This document shows positions 25,121 to 34,437 of a DNA stretch of 64,000 nt, piece by piece. Under the pieces are notes generated by a model. That model worked only from the letters and a program-made list of their open reading frames with translations, was not told the origin of the DNA and searched no databases. Each line of letters opens with the position of its first letter. The stretch's first letter is position 1. Position numbers and translations under genes: made by a program. This stretch comes from Candidatus Nomurabacteria bacterium (lineage in GTDB: Bacteria > Patescibacteriota > Saccharimonadia > Saccharimonadales > Saccharimonadaceae). The stretch spans positions 13,949-77,948 of the forward strand of contig JACKGP010000003.1 in NCBI GenBank assembly GCA_020631935.1, written 5' to 3'.

Positions 25121-25824
25121 AAAAGTCACTTTCGCGAGCATTTAGGACGATAGATCCCCGCAATATATCTAAAAAGTTGAATGACCGCTCTATCGTACAA
25201 AGCTTTGCCGACAACATGCGTTTAGTATTTTTTGGACATGTAGACCAGAATGATGAAGACCAGAAGGTCGTCAAGGGTGTCACGGTGTCACGTAGTCACG
25301 CAGATCAGTATTATCTAATAGGAAATTACAAAGATTACGACGTGGTATTTGTTGAGCGCAAAGATTCCGTCCTAGAAGCTCATAGGCGCAGGGCAAGGCA
25401 CACTAGTCACCGATGGCACATATTTCAGTTTGACCTAAAGACTCCGATTGACCACCCCATGATTTTTATTTCGAATCGTCGCCATGAAGAATCGTACAGG
25501 GATTTATTGGCAACCAAGTTTACAAATATGAGGGCGCTGCCTGTTAGTAGCGCGGGTGGACACTCTGCCGAGTTTGCGCAAAATTATCATATACTCTCTG
25601 TTCCAACCTATTTCATATACACTGAACAGCTAATAACACCAGAAATTACCGACACAATAGCCAAGCATTTCGGGCACTTCGCAATTGAGATTATGAGCAA
25701 TCATTTAATTATTTATTCCGAGGGAGCGAAACTGTCATCTGGACTACTAAAGACTATGCTCCAAAACGGAACTTGGCTTGCCGAAAAAATAGACGCCCGA
25801 AGTCATGAACTTCAGACGCTATAA
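25117..25824 (+). CDS. hypothetical protein, translationally coupled to the GH15 gene
   Basis: 235-aa ORF starting in an ATGA overlap with the GH15 stop. No recognisable motif. Confidence 0.55.
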   Translation: MKKSLSRAFRTIDPRNISKKLNDRSIVQSFADNMRLVFFGHVDQNDEDQKVVKGVTVSRSHADQYYLIGNYKDYDVVFVERKDSVLEAHRRRARHTSHRWHIFQFDLKTPIDHPMIFISNRRHEESYRDLLATKFTNMRALPVSSAGGHSAEFAQNYHILSVPTYFIYTEQLITPEITDTIAKHFGHFAIEIMSNHLIIYSEGAKLSSGLLKTMLQNGTWLAEKIDARSHELQTL

Positions 25825-25843
25825 TTTGCAAAAAACTATCTGA

Positions 25844-26059
25844 CTATGATTTGCGAGCTTTTACTTCATTTCGACCAAGGTTTTTCTTGGTTTCTTCGTA
25901 GATTGCGTGCTTGCGTGCGATTGGGTCGTATTTCTTGATTGTAAGCTTGCCAAGGCCGTTGCGCTGTTGAGTATTTACAGTCGTATAGTAAGTACGGTGA
26001 CCCGTCAGTTGACTCACCAAACCAATCAATTTACGCTTTGATTTTGAACTCTTTGCCAT
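25844..26059 (-). CDS. rpmG: ribosomal protein bL33 (cysteine-less form, C-terminal extension)
   Basis: 71 aa. ...[36 protein letters not shown] matches the L33 core, with no Cys ligands. Confidence 0.8.
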   Translation of the reverse strand: MAKSSKSKRKLIGLVSQLTGHRTYYTTVNTQQRNGLGKLTIKKYDPIARKHAIYEETKKNLGRNEVKARKS

Positions 26060-26175
26060 ATCTCTCTCTTAACGTTTATATTCCAACTTCAAGTTATTGT
26101 AGCACACTCTAGACGGTATTACCAGAGGTCTACACTGCAATTAACTTAGTTTACCAAAGGAGTAAGTGCTATAAA

Positions 26176-26251
26176 TGGAGCCACGATCGGGGCTTGAACC
26201 CGAGACCTCATCCTTACCATGGATGCGCTCTACCAACTGAGCTATCGCGGC
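26176..26251 (-). tRNA. trnT: tRNA-Thr (anticodon GGU)
   Basis: The reverse complement GCCGCGATAGCTCAGTTGGTAGAGCGCATCCATGGTAAGGATG...TCGTGGCTCCA is a 76-nt cloverleaf with anticodon loop AUGGUAA. Confidence 0.9.
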
Positions 26252-26348
26252 GTATATCACGCTGATACCTCTGTAATTGTAACAAATTATTCACTAAAGA
26301 AAAAGTCTAGTTAGCTTAGGTGTACATTTTTTAAAGAGTTTGACATCT

Positions 26349-27023
26349 CTAGTTTATCTTGAGACTGTTGACCATTTTCTCAATTAAGGATGATTGGTCT
26401 GTCTCGCCTGGCAGGATGCCATGCTTAATAGCTACACGTTTCGCTTGATGTCTTATGTCGTACACATAGCTAACCGTTCCCTTTGCGGGATACATACCAT
26501 CTTCTCGACCGGGTTCGACAAAATAGTATTTTGACACATCGTACCCAGCATCTGTCTTGTATGTTCTCTGTATAGATCCCTCTATATTAAAGTTATTGCC
26601 GTCTTTGTAGTCATACACTAATGCAAAAGCACTTGATGACCCGCCTCGCCCACCTGAGGCTTCCGTTATAGTGGCCTTTTGGCCGGCTACATGCTTTATA
26701 GACTCGCTACTCCAGGCCCATAGACCATCAGTTCCGCTATTTGACAAGCTGTCGATACTCCAGCCGTCAGGTACTTTAATGCTATATGTATTTTTCGGAG
26801 ATGAATAGCTAAGCCAATTGACAGTCTCATCAGCTTTTTTTATATTTTCTTTTGGACTTTCTGTCGCAGTTTCTGTGCTGTTATCAGAGCTATCTACTTT
26901 ATTGACTGGATCATTATTTTTCTGCCTATCCAAGAATAGCCAACCAACTGCTACTGTTAACCCAATCACAGCCACTATGAGCAGTATCTCTATTACTCCA
27001 AACCCTTTTTGATTCTTTCTCAT
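26349..27023 (-). CDS. type IV pilin-like protein (prepilin N-terminal motif) with novel C-terminal domain
   Basis: MRKNQKG/FGVIEILLIVAVIGL is a class III signal peptide with Glu at +5. Start set at M12 of the listed ORF. Confidence 0.7.
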   Translation of the reverse strand: MRKNQKGFGVIEILLIVAVIGLTVAVGWLFLDRQKNNDPVNKVDSSDNSTETATESPKENIKKADETVNWLSYSSPKNTYSIKVPDGWSIDSLSNSGTDGLWAWSSESIKHVAGQKATITEASGGRGGSSSAFALVYDYKDGNNFNIEGSIQRTYKTDAGYDVSKYYFVEPGREDGMYPAKGTVSYVYDIRHQAKRVAIKHGILPGETDQSSLIEKMVNSLKIN

Positions 27024-27239
27024 TTCACCACCTTTCTTATCGCTGCAATCCATCATTAGTTACGCAGATTGAACAGTATTCATACTTACAATAGTAGCAT
27101 ACGCTTGCCCTAGATGCTATTATTTATGTGAAAGAACGTAGTCATAACTACTATTACTCACTTTCTTCTGTTTTGCCCACTTTGGCGAATCTAATCGCGT
27201 CGAGATGAACGGTTCGAGGCTTATTACAAATACCAAAGT

Positions 27240-27266
27240 AAAAACCATCGCTAGAGGATGGTTTTT
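27240..27266 (-). terminator. intrinsic terminator after tRNA-Tyr
   Basis: AAAAACCATC, loop gctagag, GATGGTTTTT, 4 nt downstream of the tRNA 3' end. Confidence 0.75.
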
Positions 27267-27270
27267 ACTT

Positions 27271-27355
27271 TGGTGCCGGAGGTAGGACTCGAACCTACGA
27301 AGGCCGAAGCCGGGAGATTTACAGTCTCCTGTCATTGCCACTAGACGACTCCGGC
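27271..27355 (-). tRNA. trnY: tRNA-Tyr (anticodon GUA), long variable arm
   Basis: The reverse complement GCCGGAGTCGTCTAGTGGC...GGAGACTGTAAATCTCC...GGTTCGAGTCCTACCTCCGGCACCA is 85 nt. Confidence 0.9.
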
Positions 27356-27396
27356 ATAGAGTCTTAATAAAAGAGCCAGATATTGAAATAAATCAA

Positions 27397-27473
27397 TGGA
27401 GCCGCTTCAGGGATTCGAACCCAGGACCTACTGTTTACAAAACAGTTGCTCTAACCAGCTGAGCTAAAGCGGC
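27397..27473 (-). tRNA. trnT: tRNA-Thr (anticodon UGU)
   Basis: The reverse complement GCCGCTTTAGCTCAGCTGGTTAGAGCAACTGTTTTGTAAACAGT...AAGCGGCTCCA is 77 nt. Confidence 0.9.
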
Positions 27474-27511
27474 GTACACCCTAGCCAGTATATAGCAATG
27501 TAGCTACTCCA

Positions 27512-28039
27512 TCAAGCATATTTTGTGAGTTTGTCCTGCGGAGGGCTACTACTAATCTGTACTGCGGTGGTAAATCTCCTCTTTGTTAGTTGGAGGAGAG
27601 GGTGCAGTAACTGATAGTGGATTGGTGAGCTTGTCCACCATTCGACTGCTTGTTTCGACGTACCCATTGTTTGGTAGTGGATATTCTCACCATAATATGT
27701 ACATCCAGCCAACATCTGCTTCATATCTGCTGTGAGTACATCTCCATCAACCCCTTTCGGGTAGTGACTGAAATACCCGCGCGCTACCATGTCGTCCGCT
27801 TTCAACTGTGCGGATTTGGCGACACTTTCATCGTAGACTAGTGGCGCTACACCCACCTTCTGGCGCTCTATGTTGATCAGCTCTAGCATTTCCTGCGGAT
27901 CTGGCGGGCCGACATCGTACTTATTCTTTGGTCTGACTTCCTGGGCCCGTGTAGCAGGTTCTTCTGCGTCAGGTAGGTCACTACCATCTATGGCTGCTAA
28001 AACTAAATGGATAGCAAAAGCTAGTATGAGCTTTTTCAT
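27512..28039 (-). CDS. secreted CAP/SCP (YkwD-like) domain protein
   Basis: Signal peptide MKKLILAFAIHLVLAA, plus ...GYFSHYP...YYGENI...VEWWTSSPIHYQLL typical of the CAP domain. Confidence 0.7.
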   Translation of the reverse strand: MKKLILAFAIHLVLAAIDGSDLPDAEEPATRAQEVRPKNKYDVGPPDPQEMLELINIERQKVGVAPLVYDESVAKSAQLKADDMVARGYFSHYPKGVDGDVLTADMKQMLAGCTYYGENIHYQTMGTSKQAVEWWTSSPIHYQLLHPLLQLTKRRFTTAVQISSSPPQDKLTKYA

Positions 28040-28089
28040 ACCCTGAGCATAGCATAACAGAGGTATTTGTCGATATTTGTATCTAGTAT

Positions 28090-28794
28090 CTACATAACAA
28101 CGCGTCGGCGTTTTTTAGCATCTGCGGAGTCCTTATTGCTCGATCGCGAAGATTTACTCTTTTTAGCGGCACGTTTTTTGCTGTTATGCGCCATTACTAG
28201 CTTAGCTACCTCTTCTCGGGTGTCTAAGGCTTTGTCGTGCATACCATTGCGTTCGTAGGCGTCTGCTAGTATACCTAGCGACTGCGAAGTGCGCTCTAGC
28301 TCTACGGCTCGCTCAAGTGACGCCAACATCTTTTTTGGATGGTTTAACTTTTCATGAACTTTGGCGTAAGCTATGTGTCGAGAGGCAACGTCCTCTTCGA
28401 TTTTCAAGGCTTGCTCGAATGCTAGCGCAGCCTTGTCATATTTCTCTGCTTCGTAATAAATTAGGCCAACATTGTGTAGACTAGATGCGCTAGGCTCTAG
28501 GCTTTGGGCAATCTCAAAACACTCTATGGCATCCTTGAACTCCCTCTGGCGTGCATAAAGGATACCTAGACGGTTGTATGCAGTAGCGTTGCGCTCATCT
28601 ATGCGCAAAATCATCAAAAGAGCTTTTTCTGCTCGTAGATATTTGTTACTCCTCAGAGAGTCCTGTGCTATCATCCACAGCTTGTCTAGCTTGTCGGATA
28701 CCTTTGAAGGTAAGTCAGCTACGACCTCTGAAAAAGTTTGGCGTTGAAAGATCACCAAAATAGCAAAACCGACTAGTATTAGTAAACCTAGCAT
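28090..28794 (-). CDS. TPR-repeat membrane-anchored protein with basic C-terminal tail
   Basis: N-terminal TM helix, tandem TPR units (AYNRLGILYARQREFKDAIECFE...) and a C-terminal KKRAAKKSKSSRSS tail. Confidence 0.7.
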   Translation of the reverse strand: MLGLLILVGFAILVIFQRQTFSEVVADLPSKVSDKLDKLWMIAQDSLRSNKYLRAEKALLMILRIDERNATAYNRLGILYARQREFKDAIECFEIAQSLEPSASSLHNVGLIYYEAEKYDKAALAFEQALKIEEDVASRHIAYAKVHEKLNHPKKMLASLERAVELERTSQSLGILADAYERNGMHDKALDTREEVAKLVMAHNSKKRAAKKSKSSRSSNKDSADAKKRRRVVM

Positions 28795-28798
28795 ACGA

Positions 28799-29581
28799 CT
28801 AGTATACCATGGAGCGCATTAGCTGAAGCTTGATATTGCCATTTCCAGCAATGGCCACATAGGCGTCCTCCAGCCTCTCGCTTAGCTGTAAGTTTTTTAC
28901 ATTTGGCTGTTTGACGAGTATTGATTGCATGGATTCTAGCAGGTCTAATGCGGGTTTGCGTTGAAGGTTAAGTTTGGATATTATGGCTAATCTTTCATAT
29001 GGATTAGCCGACAGAAGTTCTCTGGTGGTTCTAGCCTCGTCAAAGCGCTGAGTACGATACTTTTCGTCACTAGCTAGACGCCTTAACTCGTCTAGCCTGC
29101 CCTCTGCAAGGTACATTAGTTGTGAGCGGGTTTTTTCATCAAATATTTTGTGCTTAGACATGAGCATTTCACTTTCGTGTTTTGACGCGGGCGGTACATA
29201 TATCATCTCAATTCTTGAGCGTACCGTCGGTAATAGCTCGTCTGGGCTATGCGTCAGTAAAATGAATCTAGTGTACTTATTGGGTTCTTCGAGTATTTTC
29301 AAGAATGCATTTTGAGCCGCCAAGCTCATCATATCGGCATCTTGAATGACAATGTCGTGATTGGCTGTAGTCTTTACTTCTTGGCGCAACTCTCGGATGG
29401 CATCGATGCTTATTTGAGGGATTGTACTAGCCTTCGTCCGTAGCGTCGGTGCGATATATCTTTCTGACGATGCTACGCTGTCGGCTATAGATTTAAGGTC
29501 AACTCCAGGCTTTGAGTGTAGCATTATCGATTGCCAGTTTGATGACTTTAAATTTTGGACTATCTCGCTGGCCTTAAGCAT
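28799..29581 (-). CDS. holB: DNA polymerase III delta'-like clamp-loader subunit
   Basis: 260 aa. NAFLKILEEPNKYTRFILLTHSPDELLPTVRSRI matches the delta' sensor and SRC region. It has no intact P-loop. Confidence 0.6.
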   Translation of the reverse strand: MLKASEIVQNLKSSNWQSIMLHSKPGVDLKSIADSVASSERYIAPTLRTKASTIPQISIDAIRELRQEVKTTANHDIVIQDADMMSLAAQNAFLKILEEPNKYTRFILLTHSPDELLPTVRSRIEMIYVPPASKHESEMLMSKHKIFDEKTRSQLMYLAEGRLDELRRLASDEKYRTQRFDEARTTRELLSANPYERLAIISKLNLQRKPALDLLESMQSILVKQPNVKNLQLSERLEDAYVAIAGNGNIKLQLMRSMVY

Positions 29582-30401
29582 CGTCTACCTTTTCAAGAAA
29601 CTGCTTTGGTACATCTACGGTAAACGTCCTATGCTCTAGATCTGGGGTAGTTAACTCTAGGCTGTAGGCGTGAAGGAACAGCCTATCATCTTCTTTGCCA
29701 TAGACTCTGTCTCCTAAGATTGGATTACCGATATGAGCGAGGTGTACTCGTAGTTGATGAGTGCGGCCTGTTCTCGGCTTTAGCTCAACAAGGCTCAGGT
29801 CGCCTGTGGTTTTTACTACTTTGTACCAAGTCTGAGCTGATTTTCCATTCGGGTCGGTTCTAAACTGGCTAGGGTGCCTGGGGTTGCGCCCTATTGGTAT
29901 ATCAATCACCGCCTCTTCTTGTTTTGGCTTACCGACAACTACCGCGTAGTAAGTTTTTTTAACGGTGCGTCTTTCGAACTGCTTAACTATCATCTTGGCT
30001 GCAGGCTCATTTTTTACTGCCAGAATTACACCGCTAGTATCACGATCTAGCCGATGAATTATACCAGGCCTATTGGAGTCTTTCTGATAGCTTGTATGTG
30101 GACGCACAAACTCGGCAACGGTGAACTCGCTGTCTAAGCCGCCTTTGCTATGGGTTAATATCCCGGCCGGTTTATTTATTACAATAACATCACTATCTTC
30201 GTAGATAATCGGCAGTGTGTCGTTTTCAAAATTTGGAGATTCAGGTATATCTATAGTGACATGGTCATCTTCGTCTAGTTTATACTTTGTTGATTTTATC
30301 GTTTCACCATTGACACTTACGTAGCCTGCCAAGATATACTTTTGCCATAATGCCCTTGAGTTTTCGGGCCAGAATTGGGCGCAGTAGGCGTCGAGCCGCA
30401 T
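29574..30401 (-). CDS. rluD: RluA-family pseudouridine synthase (RluD-like, S4 domain)
   Basis: HRLDRDTSGVIL catalytic motif. Start set at MRLDAYCAQ (ATG 30401), 4 nt after the trpS stop. Confidence 0.85.
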   Translation of the reverse strand: MRLDAYCAQFWPENSRALWQKYILAGYVSVNGETIKSTKYKLDEDDHVTIDIPESPNFENDTLPIIYEDSDVIVINKPAGILTHSKGGLDSEFTVAEFVRPHTSYQKDSNRPGIIHRLDRDTSGVILAVKNEPAAKMIVKQFERRTVKKTYYAVVVGKPKQEEAVIDIPIGRNPRHPSQFRTDPNGKSAQTWYKVVKTTGDLSLVELKPRTGRTHQLRVHLAHIGNPILGDRVYGKEDDRLFLHAYSLELTTPDLEHRTFTVDVPKQFLEKVDDA

Positions 30402-30405
30402 ATCG

Positions 30406-31440
30406 TCAGACCCTCTGGCGTAGACCAACTGCGCGCTGGACTCTTAAAAGTGTTTCGTTGGCCTGAATGTTCATTGTGGATTCAGATTTTGCAAGTTTGG
30501 ATAATATGGAAGTATCATCGACTCCTTCTAGTCTAGTCTGAAAGTCTGTCAGGAAGTTTTTTACTTCATCAGCAACGATAGATTTAAAATCACCGTAGCG
30601 CTCCATGTCAGCATACTTGTCGGCGACTGCTTGGACGCTAACACCCTCTAATAGAGCCAGTATTTCTAGCAAATTGCTAATTCCGGGTTGATTCTCGTAG
30701 TCAAGATTTACACTCGCCTTGCCATCTGTAGTTGCGCTCATAATTTTCTTAGCGGCAAGCTCTGGGTCGTCCCCAAGGAAAATTACTCCTTTGCCGCTAT
30801 CGTCAGACTTACTCATTTTTCTGGCTGGATCTACCAAATCCATAATTCGCAAGCCTTGATCCTTGCCAAAAAACTTGTGCTGACTGGCGACAGAATCGGG
30901 AACTGTAAACAGTTCATCGAATCGTGAATTCATGCGTCCAGCTATGTCACGAGTAAATTCTAGGTGTTGGGTTTGGTCGTCGCCAACTGGCACATATTTA
31001 GCGCCATAGAGCAGAATATCGGCTGCCATCAGCACCGGGTAGTCAAACAGACCTACGCTTATCTGACTGTCGCCAAGTTTAGATGACTTGTCCTTGTATT
31101 GCGTCATTCTGCTCATCTCGCCCATGCCAGTGAAGCTATTTAGTATGACCGTCAATTCGCTATGGGCGGGAATGTAGCTTTGGCGGTACAGGTAGACACT
31201 CTCGTGATTAATCGGCAGTCCAGCCGTAACAAATAATTTTGCATTGTGCAGTATCTGCTCTTGCAGCTTTGAATGATCGATTGGTGTGGTGAAGCTATGA
31301 AGGTCGGGTATGAACATGTTTATCTGATATTCATCAGCGTGTTTTTTCGCCATGTCGACAATTGGCAATATACCGCCAAAGTAGTTGCCGATAGTTAGGT
31401 CATTGTTGGCTCGGAGGCCAGTTAGAATCACTTGTTTCAT
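30406..31440 (-). CDS. trpS: tryptophan--tRNA ligase
   Basis: 344 aa with class I motifs (TIGNYFG in the HIGH position, KMSKS). It ends with TGA. Confidence 0.9.
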   Translation of the reverse strand: MKQVILTGLRANNDLTIGNYFGGILPIVDMAKKHADEYQINMFIPDLHSFTTPIDHSKLQEQILHNAKLFVTAGLPINHESVYLYRQSYIPAHSELTVILNSFTGMGEMSRMTQYKDKSSKLGDSQISVGLFDYPVLMAADILLYGAKYVPVGDDQTQHLEFTRDIAGRMNSRFDELFTVPDSVASQHKFFGKDQGLRIMDLVDPARKMSKSDDSGKGVIFLGDDPELAAKKIMSATTDGKASVNLDYENQPGISNLLEILALLEGVSVQAVADKYADMERYGDFKSIVADEVKNFLTDFQTRLEGVDDTSILSKLAKSESTMNIQANETLLRVQRAVGLRQRV

Positions 31441-31525
31441 CTATACTATTGTAACTCATCTGGTCAAGTAGCCACATAATGTATGCGAAATCGTACTAGA
31501 GACTGGTTTTTGATATACTAAAGAG

Positions 31526-32203
31526 ATGAAATCAAAAAATTTGCGCTATTTCGATGTCGTAATGGTCTACTTTGCCACCATGCTACTGATATCAAACCTA
31601 GCTGCCACGAAGCTGATTGCCTTTGGGCCAATAGTTACCGACGGCGGCGCTATATTATTTCCCCTAATCTATATACTAAACGATGTATTGACCGAAGTTT
31701 ATGGATACAAGTATGCTAGGCGTGCAATCTGGACAGGCTTTGGTGTTATGATACTTGCAATTTTTGCATTTACGGTCGTGCGCTATATGCCCGTAGCCTC
31801 AGAATATACCGACCAGTCCTCATACGAGGCTATACTAGGGTTCTTTCCAAGGATTGTAGCTGCAAGTTTGATAGCTTACCTCGTTGGTTCGTTTATTAAT
31901 TCCTATGTGCTGGTAAAGATGAAAATAAAATACCAAGGAAAGAAACTCTGGGCCAGGCTAATTGGTTCTACTTTTGTAGCCGAATTTTTCGATACACTTG
32001 TATTTGCACTCGTTGCGTTCGGAGGAGTTCTGGGCATGACTGACATGGCAATATTTATACTTGTTGGCTGGCTATTCAAGACAGGGGTTGAGGTAGTCAT
32101 GCTGCCAGTTAGCTATAGAATAATCAATGCACTCAAAAGGGTAGAAAAAATAGACGCGAACGATAAAAATACAGATCTTTCACCGCTTAGGTTTGAAATA
32201 TAG
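31526..32203 (+). CDS. yhhQ: queuosine precursor transporter (YhhQ/DUF165 family)
   Basis: 225 aa, polytopic, with AILFPLIYILNDVLTEVYGY and FVAEFFDTLVF motifs. Confidence 0.75.
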   Translation: MKSKNLRYFDVVMVYFATMLLISNLAATKLIAFGPIVTDGGAILFPLIYILNDVLTEVYGYKYARRAIWTGFGVMILAIFAFTVVRYMPVASEYTDQSSYEAILGFFPRIVAASLIAYLVGSFINSYVLVKMKIKYQGKKLWARLIGSTFVAEFFDTLVFALVAFGGVLGMTDMAIFILVGWLFKTGVEVVMLPVSYRIINALKRVEKIDANDKNTDLSPLRFEI

Positions 32204-32211
32204 TGTTATTA

Positions 32212-32246
32212 CAAAAAATACTGCTCATGGCGAGCAGCATTTTCAG
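32212..32246 (-). terminator. bidirectional terminator between yhhQ and rpsI
   Basis: A 9-bp stem (ATACTGCTC / GAGCAGCAT, one mismatch) flanked by A6 and T4 runs. Confidence 0.55.
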
Positions 32247-32263
32247 AATACGTCCTATCTTGC

Positions 32264-32662
32264 TTATCGCTTTGAGAACTGTTCTTTCTTTCGGGCGCTT
32301 CGTAGACCGTACTTCTTTCGTTCTTTTTCGCGTGGATCGCGCTTTAGGAACTCAGCCTTCTTTAGGGTTGGGCGCAAGTCTGCATGCTCTGTGGTAAGTG
32401 CCTTCGCAATACCAAGCTTAATAGCGTCAACCTGCCCCGATATACCGCCGCCAGACACCATGACGGTGATGTCGTAGCTGTCTTGTTTTTGAACAAGTGC
32501 TAGTGGGTCGGTGATTTCGGCTAGAAGTGTCTTGTTGCCGTCTAGGTATTCCTCGGCGGTTTTTCCGTTGATGGTTACTGCACCCTTACCTTTGTATAAA
32601 CGTACACGTGCAGTAGCCTCTTTGCGTCGACCAAGTCCGTAGGTATATTTCTTATCAGCCAT
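32264..32662 (-). CDS. rpsI: ribosomal protein uS9
   Basis: 132 aa. GGGISGQVDAIKLGIAKAL and a C-terminal basic tail ending KR. Confidence 0.95.
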   Translation of the reverse strand: MADKKYTYGLGRRKEATARVRLYKGKGAVTINGKTAEEYLDGNKTLLAEITDPLALVQKQDSYDITVMVSGGGISGQVDAIKLGIAKALTTEHADLRPTLKKAEFLKRDPREKERKKYGLRSARKKEQFSKR

Positions 32663-33093
32663 TACTTAATCTCCACTTTCTCAGGCTTCTGTGCAGCATG
32701 TTCATGCTCTGGGCCTGCATAAATCTTTAGGCGCTTCATACGCTCACTAGCTAGCTTGTTTTTAGGTAGCATACCCTTAACAGCTGCTTCGATAATGCGC
32801 TCTGGTGCTTTTTCGCGCACCTCTTCGAGCCTAGCGTCCTTGATGCCGCCAGGAAAGCCACTGTGTCGGTAATAAATCTTCTTTAAGTCTTTATTTCCCG
32901 TAACAGGCACCTTCTCGGCGTTTACAACGATAACGTAGTCGCCACCATCTACATGCGGTGTGTAGGTAGGCTTATATTTACCTATTAGATACTTAGCAAT
33001 TTCAGTTGATAGACGACCAAGGTTTGCCTGACTAGCATCTATAACTAGCCATCGACGCGAAACATCAGCTGGCTTTTGTGAAAATGTCTTCAT
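32662..33093 (-). CDS. rplM: ribosomal protein uL13
   Basis: 143 aa with [16 protein letters not shown] and [10 protein letters not shown] motifs. Confidence 0.95.
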   Translation of the reverse strand: MKTFSQKPADVSRRWLVIDASQANLGRLSTEIAKYLIGKYKPTYTPHVDGGDYVIVVNAEKVPVTGNKDLKKIYYRHSGFPGGIKDARLEEVREKAPERIIEAAVKGMLPKNKLASERMKRLKIYAGPEHEHAAQKPEKVEIK

Positions 33094-33492
33094 CTATTTC
33101 GCTCCTTTCTTGTCGGCTTTTTCAACTGGCTTAATCTCATCAACGAAACTTATCTGTGCCATCTGTGCGCCATCGCCAACGCGAACTCGTGTGCGCTTTA
33201 CTCGCACATGACCACTGGTTCGGCCAGTTAGTTGAGGTGCGATTACGTCAACTAGCTTGTTGGCAGCTTCTTGAGTGCTTAGCTTTGATATTACAGCTCT
33301 ACGACCAGCTAGGTCACCTTGCTTTGCTTTGGTGATTAGTTTTTCAATGTAGCGTAGAGTTTCCTTAGCCTTTGGTAGAGTGGTCTCGATAGACTCGTGT
33401 ATTACCAGGCTAGTTGCGAGGCCCTTTAGGAGAGCACGACGCTGATCGCGCTCGCGGCCAAGCTTCCTTCCTTTATATCCGTGTCGATGCAT
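33094..33492 (-). CDS. rplQ: ribosomal protein bL17
   Basis: 132 aa. MHRHGYKGRKLGRERDQRRALL is typical of L17. Confidence 0.95.
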   Translation of the reverse strand: MHRHGYKGRKLGRERDQRRALLKGLATSLVIHESIETTLPKAKETLRYIEKLITKAKQGDLAGRRAVISKLSTQEAANKLVDVIAPQLTGRTSGHVRVKRTRVRVGDGAQMAQISFVDEIKPVEKADKKGAK

Positions 33493-33495
33493 AGT

Positions 33496-34419
33496 CTAAA
33501 GCTCCAACTCCGCTAATTTGTCACGCACTTCTTCTAGCGCCTTCGAGCCGAAGCCCTTAAGCTCTTTTAGGTCTTGTTCGCTCAGGCTAACAAGGTCGTG
33601 TACGCTGCGAATATCGTTATTGATTAGTGAATTTGCAGTACGGGCTGACAGATTTAAGTCTTCGATTGGCGTGTTCATCTGGCTCTGCTCTTCTACTTGC
33701 TCTTGGCCTAGTGCCTCGGCAGCTTCTACAACTGTAGATCCAGCAAGAGCGGTGTATTGGTTTACCAAGATAGCGGCCGCTTCTTCGAAAGTTTCACGAG
33801 GTGACATAGCACCATCTGTTTCAACAGTTAGAAGTAGCTGGTCTAGGTTTGTCTCTTGGCCAACACGAGTTGCGTTTACTTTGTACCGTACGCGCAAAAC
33901 CGGTGAAAAGATTGCATCTAGTGCGATCATATCGCTGTGTAGGCGCTTGGCGCTTGAGTCTTCAATAGTGCGATAGCCGCGACCAGACTCAACCACTAGG
34001 TCAGCTACGAAGCTAGCCTTTGGATCGTCGATGGTTGCAATTACCTGGTCTGGGTTAACAATTTCAACATCAGCGGTTGTCTTGATGTCGGCTGCAGTTA
34101 CCGTACCGGCACCTTTCTTCTCTAGGCGAAGCTCAACTGGTTCGTCAGTGTGAACACGAACACGGACATTCTTTAGGTTTAGCATGATGTCTACGACATC
34201 TTCCTTTACGCCTTCAATAGTTGTGTATTCATGAGTTGCGCCTTCGACGCGGAATGCAACTATGGCACCACCACGAATACTAGATAGAAGAACGCGTCGC
34301 AGGCTGTTGCCTAGAGTGTTTCCGTATCCAGCGTGAAGCGGCTCGATAACAAATGTAGCTTTTGTCTTGCTTTCCTCGTCGATACCAGCTAGCGCAGGGT
34401 TGTGAATTGCTTTGGTCAT
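33496..34419 (-). CDS. rpoA: DNA-directed RNA polymerase subunit alpha
   Basis: 307 aa with GYGNTLGNSLRRVLLSS and a C-terminal domain (LNLSARTANSL). Confidence 0.95.
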   Translation of the reverse strand: MTKAIHNPALAGIDEESKTKATFVIEPLHAGYGNTLGNSLRRVLLSSIRGGAIVAFRVEGATHEYTTIEGVKEDVVDIMLNLKNVRVRVHTDEPVELRLEKKGAGTVTAADIKTTADVEIVNPDQVIATIDDPKASFVADLVVESGRGYRTIEDSSAKRLHSDMIALDAIFSPVLRVRYKVNATRVGQETNLDQLLLTVETDGAMSPRETFEEAAAILVNQYTALAGSTVVEAAEALGQEQVEEQSQMNTPIEDLNLSARTANSLINNDIRSVHDLVSLSEQDLKELKGFGSKALEEVRDKLAELEL

Positions 34420-34437
34420 TTGTATAGTCTCCTTACC

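Noticed and set aside
27120-27341. A 73-aa minus-strand ORF.
   Set aside because: It overlaps tRNA-Tyr and its terminator, so it is not coding.
32229-32241. The 13-mer ATGGCGAGCAGCA shared between 32229 and 59787.
   Set aside because: Exact 13-mer matches are expected by chance many times in a 64-kb self-comparison, and the flanks do not align.
33518-33976. Long antisense ORFs inside core genes, for example 33518-33976, 39320-39706, 40876-41268, 44145-44537, 62766-63197, 8291-8641, 10905-11267 and 47708-47992.
   Set aside because: Each lies opposite a confidently identified conserved gene and encodes low-complexity Ser/Ala/Arg-rich sequence. They are shadow ORFs.
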